24,697 bases of DNA from Armatimonadota bacterium (lineage in GTDB: Bacteria > Armatimonadota > UBA5829 > DTLH01), in assembly GCA_039680575.1 (NCBI GenBank), contig JBDKSP010000038.1, forward strand, positions 1 to 24,697, read 5' to 3'. This document shows, piece by piece, positions 7,701 through 16,996 of the stretch. The position numbers and the translations under genes are program-made. The stretch's first letter is position 1. Each line of letters opens with the position of its first letter. The notes beneath the pieces were generated by a model, which was not told the DNA's origin, did not search any database, and worked only from the letters and a program-made list of their open reading frames with translations.

Positions 7701-9359
7701 ATGACATATACACCAATCAAAGCGCCGCGAGGCACAGAAATATCCTGCAAGGGCTGGCACCAGGAAGCAGCACTCAGGATGTTGATGAACAACCTGGAAG
7801 TGGCCGAAAAGCCGGAGGATTTGATCGTCTACGGCGGGTCAGGCAAGGCTGCACGGAACTGGGACTGCTACCATGCAATCGTCCGTACGCTAAAAGAGCT
7901 CGAAAACGATGAAACTCTCCTCGTTCAGTCGGGTAAGCCGGTCGGGGTACTCCGTACTCACCCTTATGCGCCTAGAGTCTTGATCGCAAACTCGCTTCTG
8001 GTCCCCGCATGGGCGACCGGCGACGAATTCCGCAGGTTGGAAGGACTCGGTCTCACCATGTACGGTCAGATGACTGCCGGTAGCTGGATATATATCGGCA
8101 CTCAGGGGATACTTCAGGGGACTTACGAGACTCTGGCGGCATGCGCCGAGCGCCATTTCGGCGGGACGCTCAAAGGCAGGCTCGTTTTGACCGCTGGTAT
8201 GGGCGGCATGAGCGGCGCACAGCCGCTTGCAGTCACCATGAACGAAGGTATTTGCCTCTGCGTAGAGGTCGACCCATCACGCATCAAGCGCCGGGTCGAT
8301 ACCCGCTACTGCGACAGGATGACCGACAGCCTGGAGGAAGCCCTAAAGTGGGTCGACGAAGCTAAAAAGAGCGGCGAAGCGGTCTCCATAGGACTTGTCG
8401 GGAACGCAAGCGAGGTCCATACCGAGCTTCTCAAGCGGGGCATTATACCGGACGTGCTGACGGACCAGACATCGGCGCATGACGAGTTGAACGGCTACAT
8501 TCCCAGCGGAATGAGCTTTGAAAAAGCTCTGGAACTGAGAAAGAATGACCCGAAAGCCTACATCGCAGCGGCCTATAAATCGATGGCGCGGCACATGGAG
8601 GCGATGCTCGGCATGCAGAAAGCCGGAGCCATAACATTTGACTACGGAAACAACCTGAGAGGCCAGGCAAAGAAGGCCGGGGTCGAGAACGCCTTCGATG
8701 TGCCGGGGTTCGTGCCGGAATATATCCGCCCGCTCTTCTGCGAAGGGAAAGGCCCATTCCGCTGGGCTGCGCTTTCGGGCGATCCGAAGGACATTTTGAC
8801 GACGGATGAAGCGCTTTTGGAGCTTTTCCCTGAAAATAAGTCGCTTGAAAGATGGATACGGATGGCCGAGGACAAGGTCGCGTTCCAGGGGCTGCCGTCA
8901 CGGATCTGCTGGCTCGGCTACGGCGAGCGGGACAAGTTCGGGCTTGTCATAAACGACCTGGTAAGGAAGGGTAAAGTCTCCGCGCCGATAGTCATCGGGC
9001 GTGACCATCTCGACGCAGGTTCCGTTGCCTCACCGAACCGCGAGACCGAAGGGATGAAGGACGGTTCCGACGCAATAGGCGACTGGCCGGTCTTGAACGC
9101 GCTTGTGAATGCGGTTTCGGGAGCATCGTGGGTATCTTTCCACCATGGGGGAGGCGTCGGCATAGGCTATTCGCTCCACGCCGGGCAGGTAATTGTTGCA
9201 GATGGGACTGACGAGATGGATATCCGCCTGGAGCGTGTGCTTACGAACGACCCCGGAATGGGCGTAATCCGCCACGTTGACGCGGGATACGAAAAAGCCA
9301 TAGATGTTGCGAATGAGCGCGGCGTGAAGGTGCCTCGGGCAGCTCCCTGCTCAGGTTAG
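7701..9359 (+). CDS. hutU: Urocanate hydratase
   Basis: Motifs [67 protein letters not shown]. Confidence 0.98.
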   Translation: MTYTPIKAPRGTEISCKGWHQEAALRMLMNNLEVAEKPEDLIVYGGSGKAARNWDCYHAIVRTLKELENDETLLVQSGKPVGVLRTHPYAPRVLIANSLLVPAWATGDEFRRLEGLGLTMYGQMTAGSWIYIGTQGILQGTYETLAACAERHFGGTLKGRLVLTAGMGGMSGAQPLAVTMNEGICLCVEVDPSRIKRRVDTRYCDRMTDSLEEALKWVDEAKKSGEAVSIGLVGNASEVHTELLKRGIIPDVLTDQTSAHDELNGYIPSGMSFEKALELRKNDPKAYIAAAYKSMARHMEAMLGMQKAGAITFDYGNNLRGQAKKAGVENAFDVPGFVPEYIRPLFCEGKGPFRWAALSGDPKDILTTDEALLELFPENKSLERWIRMAEDKVAFQGLPSRICWLGYGERDKFGLVINDLVRKGKVSAPIVIGRDHLDAGSVASPNRETEGMKDGSDAIGDWPVLNALVNAVSGASWVSFHHGGGVGIGYSLHAGQVIVADGTDEMDIRLERVLTNDPGMGVIRHVDAGYEKAIDVANERGVKVPRAAPCSG

Positions 9360-9451
9360 CTCCTGCCAGACAGATAAATGTCCAATTCGCTCCATACATT
9401 CTTCCAGCTCATTTCATGGCTACTGTAATATTTGGCGTATAGCCGCGTCTT

Positions 9452-10762
9452 TTGTTAATTAAACAAACTTCAGGAGGCAGATGTAGTGTAAGTCGTATTT
9501 GTAGGTTATCATTGCCGTTAATACTCGGTGTTGTAATTTCTATTGCTGCAGTTTCCGGCTGTTCGCGCAGCAAATCCGGCTCTGCCCGTTTGCCGGTGAT
9601 CAATCCTCCTGTAATAAAAATGCCGTCGCCGAATGCGTATGATTACTTCATGGCTGCCGGTAAAGCACTGAAAAATGCAAACGATATAAAGCGGGCAGCT
9701 ATGCCGGTAAATCAGTCGAAGACATACTGGGCGTCTGATATCGCCGCTCTTGTTAAGGAAAACCAGACTGCACTTGAAAAGCTTCGCGAAGGACTTAAAT
9801 GCGATTACCGGCAGCCGTACAAATACGGCATGGATGCAAAATATCCTGAATACTCTGATTATATGAACCTGTCATACCTTTTGGCGCTGGAAAGCCAAGT
9901 GAAGAAGGTGAAAGGTGACTGGGCCGGAGTGGTAGATAGCTGCCAGGATGGGTTGCTTTTGACTGAGTTGATTACCCAGGGAGATGGCAACCCTGTAGTA
10001 AGAGCTATTGGCGCCAGGTTTCAAAAAATCATGTATCGGCATATCTGGGATGCTATTCCACACCTTACCAGCGTGCAGGTGAAAATGGCTCTTGGAAGGA
10101 TGCAGAAAATCCAGAACTGCCATTTTCCACTGCATGAGTCACTGAAATGCGAGAAAGAAGCGCAGTCGTTGTTTTTGCAGGACTGTTTTAATGGAAAGTG
10201 CAAAGATTCAGATTTGAAGACTTGGGCTAAGTTCGCCGAACCCGCGAAAATCAAGATTTTTAATAAATATACTGATTATATGGACAAGTGCATCAAGAAT
10301 GTCCAGATGCCTTATGCGACAAAGCCGGTTTTCCCGGAGGTAGAGAAGCCAAAGGGTCCTCAGGCTATTGTCAATGGTGATAGATTCGCGGCTCTTATGC
10401 TTCTTATGATTTATCCGGACGAGCGAATATTCTACTTTTTCGATACAGACAGCCGGACGCGTAACAATATTCTGGCAACAGCTTTTGCGCTTCAGGCTTA
10501 TCACGCAGACCACGGAAATTATCCGGCGAAGCTTTCGGAACTTTGTCCTGATTACTTGAAAAGTGTACCTGATGACCTATTTGCGCTCAAAGCTCCACTA
10601 AACTATCGCAGGGATGGCGGTAGATACGTCCTCTGGAGTGTCGGCCCGGACTGTGTTAACGATAATGGCGCATCTATTGTTGATCCGAAGGCGCAGGATG
10701 CTTCTAAGTACTTCATTCATAGAGGCAGCAAGGGAGACATTGTCGCAGGTATTAATTATTAG
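9452..10762 (+). CDS. Hypothetical lipoprotein with a C-terminal pseudopilin-G-like segment; start codon uncertain
   Basis: Hydrophobic stretch ending in lipobox-like AVSGC. C-terminal ALQAYHADHGNYPAKLSEL.PDYLKSVPDDLF...Y.LWSVGPD...G. Visibly AT-richer than the neighbouring hut genes. Confidence 0.65.
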   Translation: MLIKQTSGGRCSVSRICRLSLPLILGVVISIAAVSGCSRSKSGSARLPVINPPVIKMPSPNAYDYFMAAGKALKNANDIKRAAMPVNQSKTYWASDIAALVKENQTALEKLREGLKCDYRQPYKYGMDAKYPEYSDYMNLSYLLALESQVKKVKGDWAGVVDSCQDGLLLTELITQGDGNPVVRAIGARFQKIMYRHIWDAIPHLTSVQVKMALGRMQKIQNCHFPLHESLKCEKEAQSLFLQDCFNGKCKDSDLKTWAKFAEPAKIKIFNKYTDYMDKCIKNVQMPYATKPVFPEVEKPKGPQAIVNGDRFAALMLLMIYPDERIFYFFDTDSRTRNNILATAFALQAYHADHGNYPAKLSELCPDYLKSVPDDLFALKAPLNYRRDGGRYVLWSVGPDCVNDNGASIVDPKAQDASKYFIHRGSKGDIVAGINY

Positions 10763-10785
10763 TATGTAATCTTTGCCGGGCAACC

Positions 10786-10814
10786 TTCCAATCCTTCCCG
10801 CTTTGCAATATAAT
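10786..10814 (+). promoter_or_regulatory. Sigma70-like promoter upstream of hutI
   Basis: TTCCAA-N17-TATAAT, followed by a short hairpin CAGGCA-gct-TGCCTG. Confidence 0.5.
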
Positions 10815-10865
10815 GACTCTTGCAGGCAGCTTGCCTGAAATTTCAAATTCAACGGAGAATATGTT

Positions 10866-12098
10866 TTGCACAACTTGCCTCCAAGTCTACTTATAGTCAA
10901 TGCCGCTCAGGTCATTACTCCGACCAAAGAGTGGAACCTTAAAGTTATCAAAAACGGTGCAGTGGCCGTTCGTGACGGGAAGATCGTCGATATCGGGCGC
11001 ACCGGGGATGTTATCTATAGGGTAGAACCTGGCGCTGAGACGGTAATCATCGATGCAGCCGGAAAAATCGTCATGCCGGGGTTTGTCGATCCCCACACCC
11101 ATCTTGTCTACGCCGGTTCCAGAGCCGAGGAGTTCGCGCTCAGGCTTCAGGGAGTGCCTTATATGGAGATCGCCCGCAAGGGCGGAGGAATCAATTCCAC
11201 GGTGAAAGCGACCCGGAAGGCTTCACTCGATGATCTTGTCGATTCGGCCAAAGCTCGGCTTGCCAGAATGCTTGCCTGGGGAACGACGACAGCCGAAGTA
11301 AAAAGTGGATACGCGCTGAACCATGCCGGTGAGCTCAAGATGCTGATGACCATCCAGCAGCTTGCTTTGGAGCAGCCTGTCGAGCTTGTGCCGACTTACC
11401 TGGGAGCGCATGAGTTTCCGCCGGAGTACCAGGAGAAACGCGGCGAGTATGTCGATCTACTCGTGAAAACTCTTATACCGGAGATCGGCGAACGCTGGCT
11501 GGCGGAGTTCTGCGATGTTTTCACCGAAGAAGGTGTATTCTCCATCGATGATTCCCGGCGTATCCTCGAAGCGGCGAAGGAAGCGGGACTTATGCTCAAG
11601 ATCCACGCAGACGAGATCGTTCATTTAGGCGGCGCGGAGCTTGCAGCGGAGGTCGGTGCGGTCTCTGCGGACCATCTGGTCCATGTCTCGCCCGAAGGAA
11701 TGGATGCTATGAAGCGCGCCGGAGTGGTCCCTGTGATCCTCCCTGGAACGAGCTTCTTCCTGAACTCGGATTTTGCTCCAGCGAGGGCGATGATCGAGCG
11801 CGGCTTGCCTGTTGCGCTCGGGACTGACCTGAACCCTGGGACCTGCACCATCGAGAGCATGCCTATTGTCATAGGGCTGGCATGTCTTAAGCTGAAACTT
11901 ACACCGGAGGAAGCTATCATCGCGTCTACGATCAATGCCGCGAAGGCATTACGGCGGGATAGCATCATCGGGTCGCTCGACATGGGCAAGCAGGCCGATA
12001 TGCTGATTATGAAAATATCCGACTACCGGGAAATCCCCTACAGGTTTGGTGTGAATCCGGTGGATATGGTTATCAAGAAGGGAAAATTGGTTCATTAG
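10866..12098 (+). CDS. hutI: Imidazolonepropionase
   Basis: Motifs PGFVDPHTHLV, GGGINSTV, GTTTAEVKSGY, LGAH, KIHADE, SADHL, GTDLNPG. TTG start with GGAGA 7 nt upstream. Confidence 0.96.
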   Translation: MHNLPPSLLIVNAAQVITPTKEWNLKVIKNGAVAVRDGKIVDIGRTGDVIYRVEPGAETVIIDAAGKIVMPGFVDPHTHLVYAGSRAEEFALRLQGVPYMEIARKGGGINSTVKATRKASLDDLVDSAKARLARMLAWGTTTAEVKSGYALNHAGELKMLMTIQQLALEQPVELVPTYLGAHEFPPEYQEKRGEYVDLLVKTLIPEIGERWLAEFCDVFTEEGVFSIDDSRRILEAAKEAGLMLKIHADEIVHLGGAELAAEVGAVSADHLVHVSPEGMDAMKRAGVVPVILPGTSFFLNSDFAPARAMIERGLPVALGTDLNPGTCTIESMPIVIGLACLKLKLTPEEAIIASTINAAKALRRDSIIGSLDMGKQADMLIMKISDYREIPYRFGVNPVDMVIKKGKLVH

Positions 12099-12111
12099 TG
12101 AGGAGATTTTG

Positions 12112-13641
12112 ATGTCGCGGATAGTCGAGTGTGTGCCGAACTTCTCTGAAGGGAGGCGGCCTGAAGTTTTGGATGCAATAGTCGGCGCGATAGCTGGGGT
12201 CGAGGGGATTCGCGTCCTCGGCAAGGAGATGGACGCCGATCATAACCGCGCTGTTGTGACATTCGTCGGGGAACCGGATCAGGTGAAGAGAGCAGCATTC
12301 GCCGGATGCGCAAAAGCGGCGGAGTTGATCGACCTGAACAAGCACGAGGGGGAGCATCCCAGAATCGGCGCGACGGATGTTATACCGTTCATCCCGGTCT
12401 CAGGCGTGAGCGTGGAGGAGTGCATCGAACTTGCCTGCGAACTCGGCCAGGAAATAGCTGAAAAGCTGGGAATTCCGATCTATCTCTATGAAAAGTCTGC
12501 CACGAGGCCGGAACGGGAAAACCTTGCTTTGGTCAGAAAGGGTCAGTTCGAGGGCTTAAGAAATATCATCGAAACAGATCCCACACGCCGTCCAGACTTC
12601 GGAGAGGCCAAAATCCACCCGACCGCAGGCGCTACTGCAATCGGCGTACGCGACTTTTTGATTGCCTACAACATCTACCTCAACACGAATAACCTGGATA
12701 CCGCGAAGAAGATCGCTAAACGGATCAGGTTCAAAGACGGCGGGTTCAGATTTGTTAAGGCAAACGGGTTTGCGATTCGAGAGCGTGGGTGTGTGCAGGT
12801 TTCGATGAACCTGACGAACTACAAAGGCACACCGATGCACGATGCGTTCGAGTTCGTCAAGCGCGAGGCCGCCCGCTACGGCGTTTCGGTGACGGACAGC
12901 GAGATAATCGGGCTTGTGCCGCTTGAGGCGATAGTGAACACGGCGGAATATTACCTCCAGCTCGATCACTTCAGCCATGAGCAGGTGCTTGAGAACAAAC
13001 TTTGGGGTGGGGGAGCCGCGGAAAGCGTCCCGACGATGTTTATAGATGAAGTCGCGTCGAAATCTCCCGCGCCGGGCGGCGGAAGCGTTTCCGCGCTTGC
13101 CGGAGCGCTCGCGGCAGCGCTCAGTTCAATGGTCTGCAGGCTGACGGTCGGCAGAAAGAAGTATGCCGATGTCTCAGAGGAGCTTGCAGAGGCGCTGAGA
13201 CAGACGGAGCGGTCGAGATCGAAGCTGACGAGTGCCATAGAGGCCGATGCGAAGGCGTTCGATGCCGTGATGGCTGCCATGAAGCTCCCGAAGGACACGC
13301 CGGAGGAGATCGAGCTTCGCAAAAAGGCGCTTCAGGATGCTTACAAGGGCGCAACAGAGGTCCCTCTTTCCGTAATGGCGGAAGTGCGGGCTTTACTCGA
13401 TTGCTTGAAGCCGATTGCAGCCAAAGGAAACGTGAATTCCGCTTCGGATGCAGGTGTCGGCGCATTGATGGCCCGCGCGGCCTGCGAAGGCGCGAACCTG
13501 AACGTCGAGATCAACCTGCCGTCGATCAGCGACGAGGCGTTGAAGCATAGTCTCAGCAGCCGCGCATCGAAAATCCGCAGCGAATGCGATTGCGTAGTGC
13601 AGGAGATACTCGATACCGTAAGGTCGAGGATGAAAGAATAG
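12112..13641 (+). CDS. ftcD: Bifunctional glutamate formiminotransferase / formiminotetrahydrofolate cyclodeaminase
   Basis: N-terminal VECVPNFSEGR, DADHNRAVVT, HEGEHPRIGATDV, QVSMNL. C-terminal cyclodeaminase domain PAPGGGSVSAL, GNVNSASDA, NVEINL. ATG 12112 follows GAGGAG. Confidence 0.95.
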   Translation: MSRIVECVPNFSEGRRPEVLDAIVGAIAGVEGIRVLGKEMDADHNRAVVTFVGEPDQVKRAAFAGCAKAAELIDLNKHEGEHPRIGATDVIPFIPVSGVSVEECIELACELGQEIAEKLGIPIYLYEKSATRPERENLALVRKGQFEGLRNIIETDPTRRPDFGEAKIHPTAGATAIGVRDFLIAYNIYLNTNNLDTAKKIAKRIRFKDGGFRFVKANGFAIRERGCVQVSMNLTNYKGTPMHDAFEFVKREAARYGVSVTDSEIIGLVPLEAIVNTAEYYLQLDHFSHEQVLENKLWGGGAAESVPTMFIDEVASKSPAPGGGSVSALAGALAAALSSMVCRLTVGRKKYADVSEELAEALRQTERSRSKLTSAIEADAKAFDAVMAAMKLPKDTPEEIELRKKALQDAYKGATEVPLSVMAEVRALLDCLKPIAAKGNVNSASDAGVGALMARAACEGANLNVEINLPSISDEALKHSLSSRASKIRSECDCVVQEILDTVRSRMKE

Positions 13642-13690
13642 CGTATTTGATTGATGCTGATGAACCGAGGTTTCCAAGCCTCAGTCCATG

Positions 13691-13741
13691 ATGGACCAGG
13701 GGATCCATGCCCTGGTCCTGATTCTCCGGGGCATCCATGCC
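13691..13741. repeat. REP-like palindromic repeat family A, copies 2 and 3 (tandem)
   Basis: Hairpin GGACCAGGG-GATCCATG-CCCTGGTCC (13693-13718), then a degenerate copy CCGGGGCATCCATGCC (13726-13741). Confidence 0.55.
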
Positions 13742-13791
13742 CATGCTATCTATAAATATCCATATAAAATCCAGGTGCGGAGGTGGGTCTG

Positions 13792-14748
13792 GTGCAGCAA
13801 TTTGAACCTGTAAAGATAGTTATAGATTACGGCACAAGGGACAGAAGTTCTATATGGCAGCAAGCTGGTAAGCTGTGGCAGGCAAATGCAGTGATCGGGC
13901 TGGTAATGCTTCTTATCCTCAGCGATTTTTATGTCTTTCTGGCTCTTATTGCGGAAAACAACTCTCATCTTTACATTAATCTGCCATCGGGTGTGTACCC
14001 TATTATATGTTATGTAGTGCCAGTCTTTCTTGTTGGAATCTGCTGGTGGAGGATGATAACAAAGGGCGGAGTAGCCGCATGGCTGTGGGGCTTAATGTGG
14101 TCAGTCTTAACATTGCCCAGCATAATCATCGTGAATTCTATTTCGAGAAGTGAACCTGCAGTCGGCATAGCTTTAACTGTAGTACCTATTTATCTAGTTG
14201 TGTCTCAGATTTCAGTTGCCCGTAAGGTTGTTGCAATTGGAGCAGGGGAACAAGCAGCCGAAACAAAAGAGCAGGCAGCATCTTCTGAAGAACAGGCGCA
14301 GATTGAAGCGTTAAACAGGCTCAAGCCCTGGTTCTACACAGCCTCAGGCGCTGTGATCGGTGCTTTTCCGGGTGCTCTGCTGTTCATTGTTATGGCAGCA
14401 CAACCGATAGATAAAAACACTTGCATGGGACCTATAGCTTTTTGGATTCCGGCGATTCTTGAGTTTTTAGGGTTTATTATAGGCTCGCTTGCAGGAGTTA
14501 TTATCGGTATAGCAGTGGGCAATCAATGGAAATCATCTCACGCATGGCTTGGGTTTATTGCAGTGCTGGTCGGCGGGTTTCTTATTGGACCCGGAATATT
14601 TATAGTTATCTACTTGCCCTATTCCCTTCTTTTTCCTGATCCAAAAACATACCTGATGCCTGCAATATTCTTTCATTTGTTATGTGCTGTAGGTGTGTTT
14701 GCAATGCCATTGATATTCAAGTCATTGGCATATCGTGGCTATAACTGA
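13792..14748 (+). CDS. Hypothetical multi-pass membrane protein (~8 TM segments in two blocks joined by a Glu/Gln/Ala-rich linker)
   Basis: Long hydrophobic segments in an AT-richer ORF. GTG 13792 is preferred because GGAGG (13779-13783) lies 8 nt upstream. Confidence 0.7.
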   Translation: MQQFEPVKIVIDYGTRDRSSIWQQAGKLWQANAVIGLVMLLILSDFYVFLALIAENNSHLYINLPSGVYPIICYVVPVFLVGICWWRMITKGGVAAWLWGLMWSVLTLPSIIIVNSISRSEPAVGIALTVVPIYLVVSQISVARKVVAIGAGEQAAETKEQAASSEEQAQIEALNRLKPWFYTASGAVIGAFPGALLFIVMAAQPIDKNTCMGPIAFWIPAILEFLGFIIGSLAGVIIGIAVGNQWKSSHAWLGFIAVLVGGFLIGPGIFIVIYLPYSLLFPDPKTYLMPAIFFHLLCAVGVFAMPLIFKSLAYRGYN

Positions 14749-14799
14749 CCCATCTTTGCAGTGCCCCATCCATTCTGTGTGTCCCGCGTTTAAAATGGC

Positions 14800-14821
14800 A
14801 AAGGCCGGGAAGAGCCCGGCC
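14800..14821 (-). terminator. GC-rich hairpin between convergent genes; possible terminator
   Basis: GGCCGGG-aagag-CCCGGCC, with only a short U tract on the minus strand. Confidence 0.45.
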
Positions 14822-14841
14822 ACTACGGTTACTGGTGGATG

Positions 14842-14880
14842 TCGATAAAAAGCGGAAGCGCGAGCTTTCGCACTCCAAAT
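14842..14880. repeat. REP-like palindromic repeat family B, copy 1
   Basis: TCGATAAAAAGCGGAAGC-gcga-GCTTTCGCACTCCAAAT; near-identical to 17651-17690. Confidence 0.7.
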
Positions 14881-14884
14881 TACT

Positions 14885-15292
14885 CTATTCCGCTTTTTCC
14901 GCGGCTTCGGAAGTCCCGAGCCAGCTTCCGAGGATGTACATCGCAGTGAAATCCGCTAGTACGCCGATCTCGTATGCAAGCCCTATGAACGCCATCACGA
15001 AAACAGGGAGGGCGATGGCTGTGCTCTGCAGCAGCCCCTTTACGGAACTGGGGTTCTCCTGCGGGCGAATACGCCTGAGCAGCAGATACGATATCACGAA
15101 GATTCCGGTGCTCGTCGCTGCAGTGCTTCCCGCTTGGATCGGAGCCATTCCTCCGAAGCGGACATGCAGGTATGCGAAGATGGCTGCCGCAACAACTCCG
15201 CCGATAATACCGGGGATCACCCACCATATCCTAAGCGGCGCTTCATTTTCAGCACAGGCCGCACAGCAGTTTTTGTTAGTATTATGAGCCAA
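14885..15292 (-). CDS. Small hypothetical membrane protein (~4 TM) with N-terminal CCxxC
   Basis: GGAGG upstream of the ATG, hydrophobic helices, and a position directly downstream of the dehydrogenase on the same strand. Confidence 0.7.
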   Translation of the reverse strand: MAHNTNKNCCAACAENEAPLRIWWVIPGIIGGVVAAAIFAYLHVRFGGMAPIQAGSTAATSTGIFVISYLLLRRIRPQENPSSVKGLLQSTAIALPVFVMAFIGLAYEIGVLADFTAMYILGSWLGTSEAAEKAE

Positions 15293-15320
15293 TATAGCCT
15301 CCAGTTATTATCAAGATTAT

Positions 15321-16346
15321 TTAGAGCCGAATGACGGCGCGGATAACACCGTCCGTTTTCGACTCGGCAAGTTTCATTGCTTTATCGGTCTCTTCAAGCG
15401 GGAACGTATGGGTTGCAAGGCTTGCCGCGTTGATTTTGCCTCTATGCACAAGCTCCACTGCGCGTTCTCCAGTCAGATTGCTCCTGCGGACGAATGTGGC
15501 TTTAAGCTGCTTTCTTCTGGCTGATCCGGCGTCGAAAGGATACTCATCTTCCTTTGGAATACCGACGATTATAACTCGTCCAAGCACCCGCGCGAGCCTT
15601 GCCGTCTCCCGTACCGCGTTAATATCACCCGCGCACTCGAAGACCAGATCGAAACCGCGTCCCGAAGTCATAGCTTTTGCGGCATCATGGACCTCAGACG
15701 GGTCACAAGCAACGTCAGCGCCCAATTTCAGCGCCGTTTCGCGCCGGGCGGGGATAGGATCGCACACCAATACATCTCCCGCGCCGCAGATTTTGAGCGA
15801 CTGCATCACCGAAAGCCCGATGGCTCCCGCTCCGAGGACCGCCGCTCTTTCTCCGGGACGGACCGATGCAAGGTCCGCTGCATAAATTCCGACCGCAAGC
15901 GGTTCGAGCATAGCAGCTTCATCCATCGAGATGGAATCCGGGATGGGAATCATCAGCGACGCAGGCCAGACGACGTAATCCCTGAAACAGCCGTCGGTCG
16001 GCGGCGTGCCGAAGAAATCTACGGATGGACAGACATTATAGTTGCCCGACATGCAGAACTCGCACCTGCCGCATGCCTTGGCTGGCTCGATTGCGACCCG
16101 CTGTCCCGGTTTTGGGTAGGGAACCCCTTCTCCGACAGTTTCAACGGTACCGGCAGCCTCATGTCCCAAAACCAGCGGGTCTGTAAGCACATTTCCGCCG
16201 ATCCTGCCGTGCCGCCACCAATGGACATCGGACGCGCAGACACCCACCGATCCGACTCGGACCAGTGCTTCACCCGGCCCCGGTACAGGAACAGGTTCGT
16301 CGTGTATCCTCATATCAAGCGGCGCGTGCAGTCTGAGAACTCTCAT
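15321..16346 (-). CDS. Zn-dependent MDR alcohol dehydrogenase, sorbitol/L-iditol dehydrogenase-like
   Basis: GVCASDVH, LGHEAAG, structural-Zn motif CGRCEFC...YNVC, AAMLEPLAV, Rossmann GAGAIG. GGAGG RBS. Confidence 0.9.
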   Translation of the reverse strand: MRVLRLHAPLDMRIHDEPVPVPGPGEALVRVGSVGVCASDVHWWRHGRIGGNVLTDPLVLGHEAAGTVETVGEGVPYPKPGQRVAIEPAKACGRCEFCMSGNYNVCPSVDFFGTPPTDGCFRDYVVWPASLMIPIPDSISMDEAAMLEPLAVGIYAADLASVRPGERAAVLGAGAIGLSVMQSLKICGAGDVLVCDPIPARRETALKLGADVACDPSEVHDAAKAMTSGRGFDLVFECAGDINAVRETARLARVLGRVIIVGIPKEDEYPFDAGSARRKQLKATFVRRSNLTGERAVELVHRGKINAASLATHTFPLEETDKAMKLAESKTDGVIRAVIRL

Positions 16347-16353
16347 TTTTTCC

Positions 16354-16391
16354 TCCCGCTAATTATACGACAGCGGGATGATTGCGCGCAA
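16354..16391 (-). promoter_or_regulatory. Sigma70-like promoter of the dehydrogenase, with an inverted repeat flanking the -10
   Basis: Minus strand TTGCGC-N18-TATAAT. TCCCGCT (16354-16360) and AGCGGGA (16372-16378) bracket the -10. Confidence 0.45.
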
Positions 16392-16419
16392 ACTAGGGAA
16401 CAGGGAATAGAAAAAACTA

Positions 16420-16923
16420 TCAGCAACAGTTTGCTATCTTGCGTTTAAGAAGCTCCCTGAACGCCTCTTTTTCGGTTTGGTTGGCAAAAACACGCTTGGG
16501 AATAGCGGAAAACATAGATTTGCCGTAGATCAGAAGATAACTCTTGTCATCTTCGACCAGCTTGCTGTAAAGGCTCCATTCCAGCTTCGAGTCTATGCTT
16601 TGAGTCTTGAAGTCGATGCCGTCTTCAGTAAACCGGAGCTGATATTCGTCTCGGAATTTGGGCTGGCTGCGGAAGGTTATGCGCGGGATGACAACCATTG
16701 CCATAAAGATTAACAGAAGAAACACACAGCCCACAATAATAATCAGAAACTCAATCGAATACCCGAACGTATACCACGCAATCGCACCAAAAACTGCAAG
16801 AATAAGGGCTATTATGCCGTCCAGCTTCACGCGCAGCTTTTTAACGCGAATATACCACAGCCGCATAGCTGCGATGTAGTCTTGTTCGGTGTATCTGAAC
16901 TTGAGCGTGATGTTCTCCGCCAT
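16420..16923 (-). CDS. YcxB-family membrane protein
   Basis: Two N-terminal TM helices, then YQLRFTEDGI...SKLEWSLYSKLVEDDKSYLLI...AIPKRVF...AFRELL. ATG 16923 has GGAG 6 nt upstream; ATG 16935 is the alternative. Confidence 0.8.
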   Translation of the reverse strand: MAENITLKFRYTEQDYIAAMRLWYIRVKKLRVKLDGIIALILAVFGAIAWYTFGYSIEFLIIIVGCVFLLLIFMAMVVIPRITFRSQPKFRDEYQLRFTEDGIDFKTQSIDSKLEWSLYSKLVEDDKSYLLIYGKSMFSAIPKRVFANQTEKEAFRELLKRKIANCC

Positions 16924-16966
16924 TTCTGTCTCCATTGTCCGGTTTTGGTTGAGATCAATTGCATAG

Positions 16967-16996
16967 AGTATAAATACAAGACCCTGATGATGTCAA
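16967..16996 (-). promoter_or_regulatory. Sigma70 promoter of the YcxB-like gene
   Basis: Minus strand TTGACA-N18-TATACT. Confidence 0.6.

Noticed and set aside
10861..10896. 11-codon ORF MFCTTCLQVYL overlapping the hutI start
   Set aside because: SD spacing fits TTG 10866 better, and there are no His codons to suggest a leader peptide.
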